Of a stretch of 64,000 nt of DNA, positions 27,901-42,900 are shown piece by piece; positions within the stretch are counted from its first letter, which is position 1, and every line of letters starts with the position of its first letter. Location of the stretch: the NCBI GenBank assembly GCA_964057225.1, contig OZ059895.1, forward strand, positions 21,514,001 through 21,578,000. The letters run 5' to 3'. Made by a program: the position numbers and the translations under genes. The notes below the pieces were generated by a model. That model was not told the origin of the DNA. It searched no databases and was given only the letters and a program-made list of their open reading frames with translations. The stretch comes from Auanema rhodensis (lineage: Eukaryota; Animalia; Nematoda).

Positions 27901-30900
27901 GAAACTCAACATACACTAATGCATAATTTTTCAAACGATCATAACTAATTTTTGTATTAAGCGTTTCTCAATGTAGTATAGTGCATTCGATGCGGATTTT
28001 TGAGCTGCGTCGATCTGTGTTATCAGATTTGCGCTAGCTTAAAAATGCACCGAGATATCAACTGATATAAGTTCACACTTATATCCTCTATTTTCACCCT
28101 GAAGAATTAATTTTTTCGTTGAATAACAATGTCCATCGTCTTTGCCTTGAAAAAAGGAATCTAAAAACATCTACTTTTTGCTAAATTATATTGAAATTTT
28201 TCGAAAAAATTTTTGTCAAAATGTTTTTGGAAGCAATGTTGAGTGTACATGGAAACTCAACATACACTAATGCATCATTTTTCAAACGATCATAACTAAT
28301 TTTTCTATAAAGCGTTTCTCAATGTAGTATAGTGCATTCGATGCGGATTTTTAAGCTGCGTCGATCTGTGTTATCAGATTTGCGCTAGCTTAAAAATGCA
28401 CCGAGATATCAACTGATATAAGTTCACACTTATATCCTCGATTTTCACCCTGAGGAATTGATTTTTTCGTTGAATAACATTGTCCATCGTCTTTGCCTTG
28501 AAAAAAGGAATCTAAAAACATCTACTTTTGCTAGATTATTTTGAAATTTCTCGAAAAAATTTTTGTCAAAATGTTTTTGGAAGCAATGTTGAGTGTACAT
28601 GGAAACTCAACATACACTAATGCATCATTTTTCAAACGATCATAACTAATTTTTCTATAAAGCGTTTCTCAATGTAGTATAGTGCATTCGATGCGGATTT
28701 TTAAGCTGCGTCGATCTGTGTTCTCAGATTTGCGCTAGCTTAAAAATGCACCGAGATATCAACTGATATAAGTTCACACTTATATCCTCTATTTTCACCC
28801 TGAAGAATTAATTTTTTCGTTGAATAACAATGTCCATCGTCTTTGCCTTGAAAAAAGGAATCTAAAAACATCTACTTTTTGCTAAATTATATTGAAATTT
28901 TTCGAAAAAATTTTTGTCAAAATGTTTTTGGAAGCAATGTTGAGTGTACATGGAAACTCAACATACACTAATGCATCATTTTTCAAACGATCATAACTAA
29001 TTTTTCTATAAAGCGTTTCTCAATGTAGTATAGTGCATTCGATGCGGATTTTTAAGCTGCGTCGATCTGTGTTCTCAGATTTGCGCTAGCTTAAAAATGC
29101 ACCGAGATATCAACTGATATAAGTTCACACTTATATCCTCGATTTTCACCCTGAAGAATTAATTTTTTCGTTGAATAACATTGTCCATCGTCTTTGCCTT
29201 GAAAAAAGGAATCTAAAAACATCTACTTTTTGCTAAATTATATTGAAATTTTTCGAAAAAATTTTTGTCAAAATGTTTTTGGAAGCAATGTTGAGTGTAC
29301 ATGGAAACTCAACATACACTAATGCATCATTTTTCAAACGATCATAACTAATTTTTCTATAAAGCGTTTCTCAATGTAGTATAGTGCATTCGATGCGGAT
29401 TTTTAAGCTGCGTCGATCTGTGTTATCAGATTTGCGCTAGCTTAAAAATGCACCGAGATATCAACTGATATAAGTTCACACTTATATCCTCGATTTTCAC
29501 CCTGAGGAATTGATTTTTTCGTTGAATAACATTGTCCATCGTCTTTGCCTTGAAAAAAGGAATCTAAAAACATCTACTTTTGCTAGATTATTTTGAAATT
29601 TCTCGAAAAAATTTTTGTCAAAATGTTTTTGGAAGCAATGTTGAGTGTACATGGAAACTCAACATACACTAATGCATCATTTTTCAAACGATCATAACTA
29701 ATTTTTCTATAAAGCGTTTCTCAATGTAGTATAGTGCATTCGATGCGGATTTTTAAGCTGCGTCGATCTGTGTTATCAGATTTGCGCTAGCTTAAAAATG
29801 CACCGAGATATCAACTGATATAAGTTCACACTTATATCCTCGATTTTCAACCTGAAGAATTAATTTTTTCGTTGAATAACATTGTCCATCGTCTTTGCCT
29901 TGAAAAAAGGAATCTAAAAACATCTACTTTTTGCTAAATTATATTGAAATTTTTCGAAAAAATTTTTGTCAAAATGTTTTTGGAAGCAATGTTGAGTGTA
30001 CATGGAAACTCAACATACACTAATGCATCATTTTTCAAACGATCATAACTAATTTTTCTATAAAGCGTTTCTCAATGTAGTATAGTGCATTCGATGCGGA
30101 TTTTTAAGCTGCGTCGATCTGTGTTATCAGATTTGCGCTAGCTTAAAAATGCACCGAGATATCAACTGATATAAGTTCACACTTATATCCTCGATTTTCA
30201 ACCTGAAGAATTAATTTTTTCGTTGAATAACATTGTCCATCGTCTTTGTCTTGAAAAAAGGAATCTAAAAACATCTACTTTTTGCTAAATTATATTGAAA
30301 TTTTTCGAAAAAATTTTTGTCAAAATGTTTTTGGAAGCAATGTTGAGTGTACATGGAAACTCAACATACACTAATGCATCATTTTTCAAACGATCATAAC
30401 TAATTTTTCTATGAAGCGTTTCTCAATGTAGTATAGTGCATTCGATGCGGATTTTTAAGCTGCGTCGATCTGTGTTCTCAGATTTGCGCTAGCTTAAAAA
30501 TGCACCGAGATATCAACTGATATAAGTTCACACTTATATCCTCGATTTTCACCCTGAAGAATTAATTTTTTCGTTGAATAACATTGTCCATCGTCTTTGC
30601 CTTGAAAAAAGGAATCTAAAAACATCTACTTTTGCTAGATTATTTTGAAATTTTTCGAAAAAATTTTTGTCAAAATGTTTTTGGAAGCAATGTTGAGTGT
30701 ACATGGAAACTCAACATACACTAATGCATAATTTTTCAAACGATCATAACTAATTTTTGTATTAAGCGTTTCTCAATGTAGTATAGTGCATTCGATGCGG
30801 ATTTTTAAGCTGCGTCGATCTGTGTTATCAGATTTGCGCTAGCTTAAAAATGCACCGAGATATCAACTGATATAAGTTCACACTTATATCCTCGATTTTC

Positions 30901-33900
30901 ACCCTGAAGAATTAATTTTTTCGTTGAATAACATTGTCCATCGTCTTTGCCTTGAAAAAAGGAATCTAAAAACATCTACTTTTTGCTAAATTATATTGAA
31001 ATTTTTCGAAAAAATTTTTGTCAAAATGTTTTTGGAAGCAATGTTGAGTGTACATGGAAACTCAACATACACTAATGCATCATTTTTCAAACGATCATAA
31101 CTAATTTTTCTATAAAGCGTTTCTCAATGTAGTATAGTGCATTCGATGCGGATTTTTAAGCTGCGTCGATCTGTGTTATCAGATTTGCGCTAGCTTAAAA
31201 ATGCACCGAGATATCAACTGATATAAGTTCACACTTATATCCTCGATTTTCACCCTGAGGAATTGATTTTTTCGTTGAATAACATTGTCCATCGTCTTTG
31301 CCTTGAAAAAAGGAATCTAAAAACATCTACTTTTGCTAGATTATTTTGAAATTTCTCGAAAAAATTTTTGTCAAAATGTTTTTGGAAGCAATGTTGAGTG
31401 TACATGGAAACTCAACATACACTAATGCATCATTTTTCAAACGATCATAACTAATTTTTCTATAAAGCGTTTCTCAATGTAGTATAGTGCATTCAATGCG
31501 GATTTTTAAGCTGCGTCGATCTGTGTTCTTAGATTTGCGCTAGCTTAAAAATGCACCGAGATATCAACTGATATAAGTTCACACTTATATCCTCGATTTT
31601 CACCCTGAAGAATTAATTTTTTCGTTGAATAACATTGTCCATCGTCTTTGCCTTAAAAAAAGGAATCTAAAAACATCTACTTTTTGCTAAATTATATTGA
31701 AATTTTTCGAAAAAATTTTTGTCAAAATGTTTTTGGAAGCAATGTTGAGTGTACATGGAAACTCAACATACACTAATGCATCATTTTTCAAACGATCATA
31801 ACTAATTTTTCTATAAAGCGTTTCTCAATGTAGTATAGTGCATTCGATGCGGATTTTTAAGCTGCGTCGATCTGTGTTCTCAGATTTGCGCTAGCTTAAA
31901 AATGCACCGAGATATCAACTGATATAAGTTCACACTTATATCCTCGATTTTCACCCTGAAGAATTAATTTTTTCGTTGAATAACATTGTCCATCGTCTTT
32001 GCCTTAAAAAAAGGAATCTAAAAACATCTACTTGTGCTAGATTATTTTGAAATTTCTCGAAAAAATTTTTGTCAAAATGTTTTTGAAAGCAATGTTGAGT
32101 GTACATGGAAACTCAACATACACTAATGCATAATTTTTCAAACGATCATAACTAATTTTTGTATTAAGCGTTTCTCAGTGTAGTACAGTGCATTCGATGC
32201 GGATTTTTAAGCTGCGTCGATCTGTGTTATCAGATTTGCGCTAGCTTAAAAATGCACCGAGATATCAACTGAAATAAGTTCACACTTATATCCTCGATTT
32301 TCACCCTGAAGAATTAATTTTTTCGTTGAATAACATTGTCCATCGTCTTTGCCTTAAAAAAAGGAATCTAAAAACATCTACTTTTTGATAAATTATTTTA
32401 AAATTTTTCGAAAAAATTTTTGTCAAAATGTTTTTGGAAGCAATGTTGAGTGTACATGGAAACTCAACATACACTAATGCATAATTTTTCAAACGATCAT
32501 AACTAATTTTTGTATTAAGCGTTTCTCAATGTAGTATAGTGCATTCGATGCGGATTTTTAAGCTGCGTCGATCTGTGTTATCAGATTTGCGCTAGCTTAA
32601 AAATGCACCGAGATATCAACTGATATAAGTTCACACTTATATCCTCGATTTTCACCCTGAAGAATTAATTTTTTCGTTGAATAACATTGTCCATCGTCTT
32701 TGCCTTAAAAAAAGGAATCTAAAAACATCTACTTTTTGCTAAATTATATTGAAATTTTTCGAAAAAATTTTTGTCAAAATGTTTTTGGAAGCAATGTTGA
32801 GTGTACATGGAAACTCAACATACACTAATGCATCATTTTTCAAACGATCATAACTAATTTTTCTATAAAGCGTTTCTCAATGTAGTATAGTGCATTCGAT
32901 GCGGATTTTTAAGCTGCGTCGATCTGTGTTCTCAGATTTGCGCTAGCTTAAAAATGCACCGAGATATCAACTGATATAAGTTCACACTTATATCCTCGAT
33001 TTTCACCCTGAAGAATTAATTTTTTCGTTGAATAACATTGTCCATCGTCTTTGCCTTAAAAAAAGGAATCTAAAAACATCTACTTGTGCTAGATTATTTT
33101 GAAATTTCTCGAAAAAATTTTTGTCAAAATGTTTTTGGAAGCAATGTTGAGTGTACATGGAAACTCAACATACACTAATGCATCATTTTTCAAACGATCA
33201 TAACTAATTTTTCTATAAAGCGTTTCTCAATGTAGTATAGTGCATTCGATGCGGATTTTTAAGCTGCGTCGATCTGTGTTATCAGATTTGCGCTAGCTTA
33301 AAAATGCACCGAGATATCAACTGATATAAGTTCACACTTATATCCTCGATTTTCACCCTGAGGAATTGATTTTTTCGTTGAATAACATTGTCCATCGTCT
33401 TTGCCTTGAAAAAAGGAATCTAAAAACATCTACTTTTGCTAGATTATTTTGAAATTTCTCGAAAAAATTTTTGTCAAAATGTTTTTGGAAGCAATGTTGA
33501 GTGTACATGGAAACTCAACATACACTAATGCATCATTTTTCAAACGATCATAACTAATTTTTCTATAAAGCGTTTCTCAATGTAGTATAGTGCATTCGAT
33601 GCGGATTTTTAAGCTGCGTCGATCTGTGTTCTCAGATTTGCGCTAGCTTAAAAATGCACCGAGATATCAACTGATATAAGTTCACACTTATATCCTCGAT
33701 TTTCACCCTGAAGAATTAATTTTTTCGTTGAATAACATTGTCCATCGTCTTTGCCTTGAAAAAAGGAATCTAAAAACATCTACTTTTTGCTAAATTATAT
33801 TGAAATTTTTCGAAAAAATTTTTGTCAAAATGTTTTTGGAAGCAATGTTGAGTGTACATGGAAACTCAACATACACTAATGCATAATTTTTCAAACGATC

Positions 33901-36900
33901 ATAACTAATTTTTGTATTAAGCGTTTCTCAGTGTAGTATAGTGCATTCGATGCGGATTTTTAAGCTGCGTCGATCTGTGTTATCAGATTTGCGCTAGCTT
34001 AAAAATGCACCGAGATATCAACTGATATAAGTTCACACTTATATCCTCGATTTTCACCCTGAAGAATTAATTTTTTCGTTGAATAACATTGTCCATCGTC
34101 TTTGCCTTGAAAAAAGGAATCTAAAAACATCTACTTTTGCTAGATTATTTTGAAATTTCTCGAAAAAATTTTTGTCAAAATGTTTTTGGAAGCAATGTTG
34201 AGTGTACATGGAAACTCAACATACACTAATGCATCATTTTTCAAACGATCATAACTAATTTTTCTATAAAGCGTTTCTCAATGTAGTATAGTGCATTCGA
34301 TGCGGATTTTTAAGCTGCGTCGATCTGTGTTATCAGATTTGCGCTAGCTTAAAAATGCACCGAGATATCAACTGATATAAGTTCACACTTATATCCTCGA
34401 TTTTCACCCTGAGGAATTGATTTTTTCGTTGAATAACATTGTCCATCGTCTTTGCCTTGAAAAAAGGAATCTAAAAACATCTACTTTTGCTAGATTATTT
34501 TGAAATTTCTCGAAAAAATTTTTGTCAAAATGTTTTTGGAAGCAATGTTGAGTGTACATGGAAACTCAACATACACTAATGCATCATTTTTCAAACGATC
34601 ATAACTAATTTTTCTATAAAGCGTTTCTCAATGTAGTATAGTGCATTCGATGCGGATTTTTAAGCTGCGTCGATCTGTGTTCTCAGATTTGCGCTAGCTT
34701 AAAAATGCACCGAGATATCAACTGATATAAGTTCACACTTATATCCTCGATTTTCACCCTGAAGAATTAATTTTTTCGTTGAATAACATTGTCCATCGTC
34801 TTTGCCTTGAAAAAAGGAATCTAAAAACATCTACTTTTTGCTAAATTATATTGAAATTTTTCGAAAAAATTTTTGTCAAAATGTTTTTGGAAGCAATGTT
34901 GAGTGTACATGGAAACTCAACATACACTAATGCATAATTTTTCAAACGATCATAACTAATTTTTGTATTAAGCGTTTCTCAGTGTAGTATAGTGCATTCG
35001 ATGCGGATTTTTAAGCTGCGTCGATCTGTGTTATCAGATTTGCGCTAGCTTAAAAATGCACCGAGATATCAACTGATATAAGTTCACACTTATATCCTCG
35101 ATTTTCACCCTGAAGAATTAATTTTTTCGTTGAATAACATTGTCCATCGTCTTTGCCTTGAAAAAAGGAATCTAAAAACATCTACTTTTGCTAGATTATT
35201 TTGAAATTTTTCGAAAAAATTTTTGTCAAAATGTTTTTGGAAGCAATGTTGAGTGTACATGGAAACTCAACATACACTAATGCATAATTTTTCAAACGAT
35301 CATAACTAATTTTTGTATTAAGCGTTTCTCAATGTAGTATAGTGCATTCGATGCGGATTTTTAAGCTGCGTCGATCTGTGTTATCAGATTTGCGCTAGCT
35401 TAAAAATGCACCGAGATATCAACTGATATAAGTTCACACTTATATCCTCGATTTTCAACCTGAAGAATTAATTTTTTCGTTGAATAACATTGTCCATCGT
35501 CTTTGCCTTGAAAAAAGGAATCTAAAAACATCTACTTTTTGCTAAATTATATTGAAATTTTTCGAAAAAATTTTTGTCAAAATGTTTTTGGAAGCAATGT
35601 TGAGTGTACATGGAAACTCAACATACACTAATGCATCATTTTTCAAACGATCATAACTAATTTTTCTATAAAGCGTTTCTCAATGTAGTATAGTGCATTC
35701 GATGCGGATTTTTAAGCTGCGTCGATCTGTGTTCTCAGATTTGCGCTAGCTTAAAAATGCACCGAGATATCAACTGATATAAGTTCACACTTATATCCTC
35801 GATTTTCACCCTGAAGAATTAATTTTTTCGTTGAATAACATTGTCCATCGTCTTTGCCTTAAAAAAAGGAATCTAAAAACATCTACTTGTGCTAGATTAT
35901 TTTGAAATTTCTCGAAAAAATTTTTGTCAAAATGTTTTTGGAAGCAATGTTGAGTGTACATGGAAACTCAACATACACTAATGCATCATTTTTCAAACGA
36001 TCATAACTAATTTCTCTATTAAGCGTTTCTCAATGTAGTATAGTGCATTCGATGCGGATTTTTAAGCTGCGTCGATCTGTGTTATCAGATTTGCGCTAGC
36101 TTAAAAATGCACCGAGATATCAACTGATATAAGTTCACACTTATATCCTCGATTTTCACCCTGAAGAATTAATTTTTTCGTTGAATAACATTGTCCATCG
36201 TCTTTGCCTTGAAAAAAGGAATCTAAAAACATCTACTTTTGCTAGATTATTTTGAAATTTCTCGAAAAAATTTTTGTCAAAATGTTTTTGGAAGCAATGT
36301 TGAGTGTACATGGAAACTCAACATACACTAATGCATCATTTTTCAAACGATCATAACTAATTTTTCTATAAAGCGTTTCTCAATGTAGTATAGTGCATTC
36401 GATGCGGATTTTTAAGCTGCGTCGATCTGTGTTATCAGATTTGCGCTAGCTTAAAAATGCACCGAGATATCAACTGATATAAGTTCACACTTATATCCTC
36501 GATTTTCACCCTGAGGAATTGATTTTTTCGTTGAATAACATTGTCCATCGTCTTTGCCTTGAAAAAAGGAATCTAAAAACATCTACTTTTGCTAGATTAT
36601 TTTGAAATTTCTCGAAAAAATTTTTGTCAAAATGTTTTTGGAAGCAATGTTGAGTGTACATGGAAACTCAACATACACTAATGCATCATTTTTCAAACGA
36701 TCATAACTAATTTTTCTATAAAGCGTTTCTCAATGTAGTATAGTGCATTCGATGCGGATTTTTAAGCTGCGTCGATCTGTGTTCTCAGATTTGCGCTAGC
36801 TTAAAAATGCACCGAGATATCAACTGATATAAGTTCACACTTATATCCTCGATTTTCACCCTGAAGAATTAATTTTTTCGTTGAATAACATTGTCCATCG

Positions 36901-39900
36901 TCTTTGCCTTGAAAAAAGGAATCTAAAAACATCTACTTTTTGCTAAATTATATTGAAATTTTTCGAAAAAATTTTTGTCAAAATGTTTTTGGAAGCAATG
37001 TTGAGTGTACATGGAAACTCAACATACACTAATGCATAATTTTTCAAACGATCATAACTAATTTTTGTATTAAGCGTTTCTCAGTGTAGTATAGTGCATT
37101 CGATGCGGATTTTTAAGCTGCGTCGATCTGTGTTATCAGATTTGCGCTAGCTTAAAAATGCACCGAGATATCAACTGATATAAGTTCACACTTATATCCT
37201 CGATTTTCACCCTGAAGAATTAATTTTTTCGTTGAATAACATTGTCCATCGTCTTTGCCTTGAAAAAAGGAATCTAAAAACATCTACTTTTGCTAGATTA
37301 TTTTGAAATTTTTCGAAAAAATTTTTGTCAAAATGTTTTTGGAAGCAATGTTGAGTGTACATGGAAACTCAACATACACTAATGCATAATTTTTCAAACG
37401 ATCATAACTAATTTTTGTATTAAGCGTTTCTCAATGTAGTATAGTGCATTCGATGCGGATTTTTAAGCTGCGTCGATCTGTGTTATCAGATTTGCGCTAG
37501 CTTAAAAATGCACCGAGATATCAACTGATATAAGTTCACACTTATATCCTCGATTTTCAACCTGAAGAATTAATTTTTTCGTTGAATAACATTGTCCATC
37601 GTCTTTGCCTTGAAAAAAGGAATCTAAAAACATCTACTTTTTGCTAAATTATATTGAAATTTTTCGAAAAAATTTTTGTCAAAATGTTTTTGGAAGCAAT
37701 GTTGAGTGTACATGGAAACTCAACATACACTAATGCATCATTTTTCAAACGATCATAACTAATTTTTCTATAAAGCGTTTCTCAATGTAGTATAGTGCAT
37801 TCGATGCGGATTTTTAAGCTGCGTCGATCTGTGTTCTCAGATTTGCGCTAGCTTAAAAATGCACCGAGATATCAACTGATATAAGTTCACACTTATATCC
37901 TCGATTTTCACCCTGAAGAATTAATTTTTTCGTTGAATAACATTGTCCATCGTCTTTGCCTTAAAAAAAGGAATCTAAAAACATCTACTTGTGCTAGATT
38001 ATTTTGAAATTTCTCGAAAAAATTTTTGTCAAAATGTTTTTGGAAGCAATGTTGAGTGTACATGGAAACTCAACATACACTAATGCATCATTTTTCAAAC
38101 GATCATAACTAATTTCTCTATTAAGCGTTTCTCAATGTAGTATAGTGCATTCGATGCGGATTTTTAAGCTGCGTCGATCTGTGTTATCAGATTTGCGCTA
38201 GCTTAAAAATGCACCGAGATATCAACTGATATAAGTTCACACTTATATCCTCGATTTTCACCCTGAAGAATTGATTTTTTCGTTGAATAACATTGTCCAT
38301 CGTCTTTGCCTCGAAAAAAGGAATCTAAAAACATCTACTTTTGCTAGATTATTTTGAAATTTCTCGAAAAAATTTTTGTCAAAATGTTTTTGGAAGCAAT
38401 GTTGAGTGTACATGGAAACTCAACATACACTAATGCATCTTTTTTCAAACGATCATAACTAATTTTTGTATTAAGCGTTTCTCAGTGTAATTAAGTGCAT
38501 TCGATGCGGATTTTTAAGCTGCGTCGATCTGTGTTATCAGATTTGCGCTAGCTTAAAAATGCACCGAGATATCAACTGATATAAGTTCACACTTATATCC
38601 TCGATTTTCACCCTGAAGAATTGATTTTTTCGTTGAATAACATTGTCCATCGTCTTTGCCTTAAAAAAAGGAATCTAAAAACATCTACTTTTGCTAGATT
38701 ATTTTGAAATTTCTCGAAAAAATTTTTGTCAAAATGTTTTTGGAAGCAATGTTGAGTGTACATGGAAACTCAACATACACTAATGCATCATTTTTCAAAC
38801 GATCATAACTAATTTTTCTATAAAGCGTTTCTCAATGTAGTATAGTGCATTCGATGCGGATTTTTAAGCTGCGTCGATCTGTGTTATCAGATTTGCGCTA
38901 GCTTAAAAATGCACCGAGATATCAACTGATATAAGTTCACACTTATATCCTCGATTTTCACCCTGAAGAATTAATTTTTTCGTTGAATAACATTGTCCAT
39001 CGTCTTTGCCTTAAAAAAAGGAATCTAAAAACATCTACTTTTTGATGAATTATTTTGAAATTTTTCGAAAAAATTTTTGTCAAAATGTTTTTGGAAGCAA
39101 TGTTGAGTGTACATGGAAACTCAACATACACTAATGCATAATTTTTCAAACGATCATAACTAATTTTTGTATTAAGCGTTTCTCAATGTAGTATAGTGCA
39201 TTCGATGCGGATTTTTAAGCTGCGTCGATCTGTGTTATCAGATTTGCGCTAGCTTAAAAATGCACCGAGATATCAACTGATATAAGTTCACACTTATATC
39301 CTCGATTTTCACCCTGAAGAATTAATTTTTTCGTTGAATAACATTGTCCATCGTCTTTGCCTTAAAAAAAGGAATCTAAAAACATCTACTTGTGCTAGAT
39401 TATTTTGAAATTTCTCGAAAAAATTTTTGTCAAAATGTTTTTGAAAGCAATGTTGAGTGTACATGGAAACTCAACATACACTAATGCATAATTTTTCAAA
39501 CGATCATAACTAATTTTTGTATTAAGCGTTTCTCAGTGTAGTACAGTGCATTCGATGCGGATTTTTAAGCTGCGTCGATCTGTGTTATCAGATTTGCGCT
39601 AGCTTAAAAATGCACCGAGATATCAACTGAAATAAGTTCACACTTATATCCTCGATTTTCACCCTGAAGAATTAATTTTTTCGTTGAATAACATTGTCCA
39701 TCGTCTTTGCCTTAAAAAAAGGAATCTAAAAACATCTACTTTTTGATAAATTATTTTAAAATTTTTCGAAAAAATTTTTGTCAAAATGTTTTTGGAAGCA
39801 ATGTTGAGTGTACATGGAAACTCAACATACACTAATGCATAATTTTTCAAACGATCATAACTAATTTTTGTATTAAGCGTTTCTCAATGTAGTATAGTGC

Positions 39901-42900
39901 ATTCGATGCGGATTTTTAAGCTGCGTCGATCTGTGTTATCAGATTTGCGCTAGCTTAAAAATGCACCGAGATATCAACTGATATAAGTTCACACTTATAT
40001 CCTCGATTTTCACCCTGAAGAATTAATTTTTTCGTTGAATAACATTGTCCATCGTCTTTGCCTTAAAAAAAGGAATCTAAAAACATCTACTTTTTGCTAA
40101 ATTATATTGAAATTTTTCGAAAAAATTTTTGTCAAAATGTTTTTGGAAGCAATGTTGAGTGTACATGGAAACTCAACATACACTAATGCATCATTTTTCA
40201 AACGATCATAACTAATTTTTCTATAAAGCGTTTCTCAATGTAGTATAGTGCATTCGATGCGGATTTTTAAGCTGCGTCGATCTGTGTTCTCAGATTTGCG
40301 CTAGCTTAAAAATGCACCGAGATATCAACTGATATAAGTTCACACTTATATCCTCGATTTTCACCCTGAAGAATTAATTTTTTCGTTGAATAACATTGTC
40401 CATCGTCTTTGCCTTAAAAAAAGGAATCTAAAAACATCTACTTGTGCTAGATTATTTTGAAATTTCTCGAAAAAATTTTTGTCAAAATGTTTTTGGAAGC
40501 AATGTTGAGTGTACATGGAAACTCAACATACACTAATGCATCATTTTTCAAACGATCATAACTAATTTTTCTATAAAGCGTTTCTCAATGTAGTATAGTG
40601 CATTCGATGCGGATTTTTAAGCTGCGTCGATCTGTGTTATCAGATTTGCGCTAGCTTAAAAATGCACCGAGATATCAACTGATATAAGTTCACACTTATA
40701 TCCTCGATTTTCACCCTGAGGAATTGATTTTTTCGTTGAATAACATTGTCCATCGTCTTTGCCTTGAAAAAAGGAATCTAAAAACATCTACTTTTGCTAG
40801 ATTATTTTGAAATTTCTCGAAAAAATTTTTGTCAAAATGTTTTTGGAAGCAATGTTGAGTGTACATGGAAACTCAACATACACTAATGCATCATTTTTCA
40901 AACGATCATAACTAATTTTTCTATAAAGCGTTTCTCAATGTAGTATAGTGCATTCGATGCGGATTTTTAAGCTGCGTCGATCTGTGTTCTCAGATTTGCG
41001 CTAGCTTAAAAATGCACCGAGATATCAACTGATATAAGTTCACACTTATATCCTCGATTTTCACCCTGAAGAATTAATTTTTTCGTTGAATAACATTGTC
41101 CATCGTCTTTGCCTTGAAAAAAGGAATCTAAAAACATCTACTTTTTGCTAAATTATATTGAAATTTTTCGAAAAAATTTTTGTCAAAATGTTTTTGGAAG
41201 CAATGTTGAGTGTACATGGAAACTCAACATACACTAATGCATAATTTTTCAAACGATCATAACTAATTTTTGTATTAAGCGTTTCTCAGTGTAGTATAGT
41301 GCATTCGATGCGGATTTTTAAGCTGCGTCGATCTGTGTTATCAGATTTGCGCTAGCTTAAAAATGCACCGAGATATCAACTGATATAAGTTCACACTTAT
41401 ATCCTCGATTTTCACCCTGAAGAATTAATTTTTTCGTTGAATAACATTGTCCATCGTCTTTGCCTTGAAAAAAGGAATCTAAAAACATCTACTTTTGCTA
41501 GATTATTTTGAAATTTTTCGAAAAAATTTTTGTCAAAATGTTTTTGGAAGCAATGTTGAGTGTACATGGAAACTCAACATACACTAATGCATAATTTTTC
41601 AAACGATCATAACTAATTTTTGTATTAAGCGTTTCTCAATGTAGTATAGTGCATTCGATGCGGATTTTTAAGCTGCGTCGATCTGTGTTATCAGATTTGC
41701 GCTAGCTTAAAAATGCACCGAGATATCAACTGATATAAGTTCACACTTATATCCTCGATTTTCAACCTGAAGAATTAATTTTTTCGTTGAATAACATTGT
41801 CCATCGTCTTTGCCTTGAAAAAAGGAATCTAAAAACATCTACTTTTTGCTAAATTATATTGAAATTTTTCGAAAAAATTTTTGTCAAAATGTTTTTGGAA
41901 GCAATGTTGAGTGTACATGGAAACTCAACATACACTAATGCATCATTTTTCAAACGATCATAACTAATTTTTCTATAAAGCGTTTCTCAATGTAGTATAG
42001 TGCATTCGATGCGGATTTTTAAGCTGCGTCGATCTGTGTTCTCAGATTTGCGCTAGCTTAAAAATGCACCGAGATATCAACTGATATAAGTTCACACTTA
42101 TATCCTCGATTTTCACCCTGAAGAATTAATTTTTTCGTTGAATAACATTGTCCATCGTCTTTGCCTTAAAAAAAGGAATCTAAAAACATCTACTTGTGCT
42201 AGATTATTTTGAAATTTCTCGAAAAAATTTTTGTCAAAATGTTTTTGGAAGCAATGTTGAGTGTACATGGAAACTCAACATACACTAATGCATCATTTTT
42301 CAAACGATCATAACTAATTTCTCTATTAAGCGTTTCTCAATGTAGTATAGTGCATTCGATGCGGATTTTTAAGCTGCGTCGATCTGTGTTATCAGATTTG
42401 CGCTAGCTTAAAAATGCACCGAGATATCAACTGATATAAGTTCACACTTATATCCTCGATTTTCACCCTGAAGAATTGATTTTTTCGTTGAATAACATTG
42501 TCCATCGTCTTTGCCTTGAAAAAAGGAATCTAAAAACATCTACTTTTGCTAGATTATTTTGAAATTTCTCGAAAAAATTTTTGTCAAAATGTTTTTGGAA
42601 GCAATGTTGAGTGTACATGGAAACTCAACATACACTAATGCATCTTTTTTCAAACGATCATAACTAATTTTTGTATTAAGCGTTTCTCAGTGTAGTTAAG
42701 TGCATTCGATGCGGATTTTTAAGCTGCGTCGATCTGTGTTATCAGATTTGCGCTAGCTTAAAAATGCACCGAGATATCAACTGATATAAGTTCACACTTA
42801 TATCCTCGATTTTCACCCTGAAGAATTGATTTTTTCGTTGAATAACATTGTCCATCGTCTTTGCCTTAAAAAAAGGAATCTAAAAACATCTACTTTTGCT

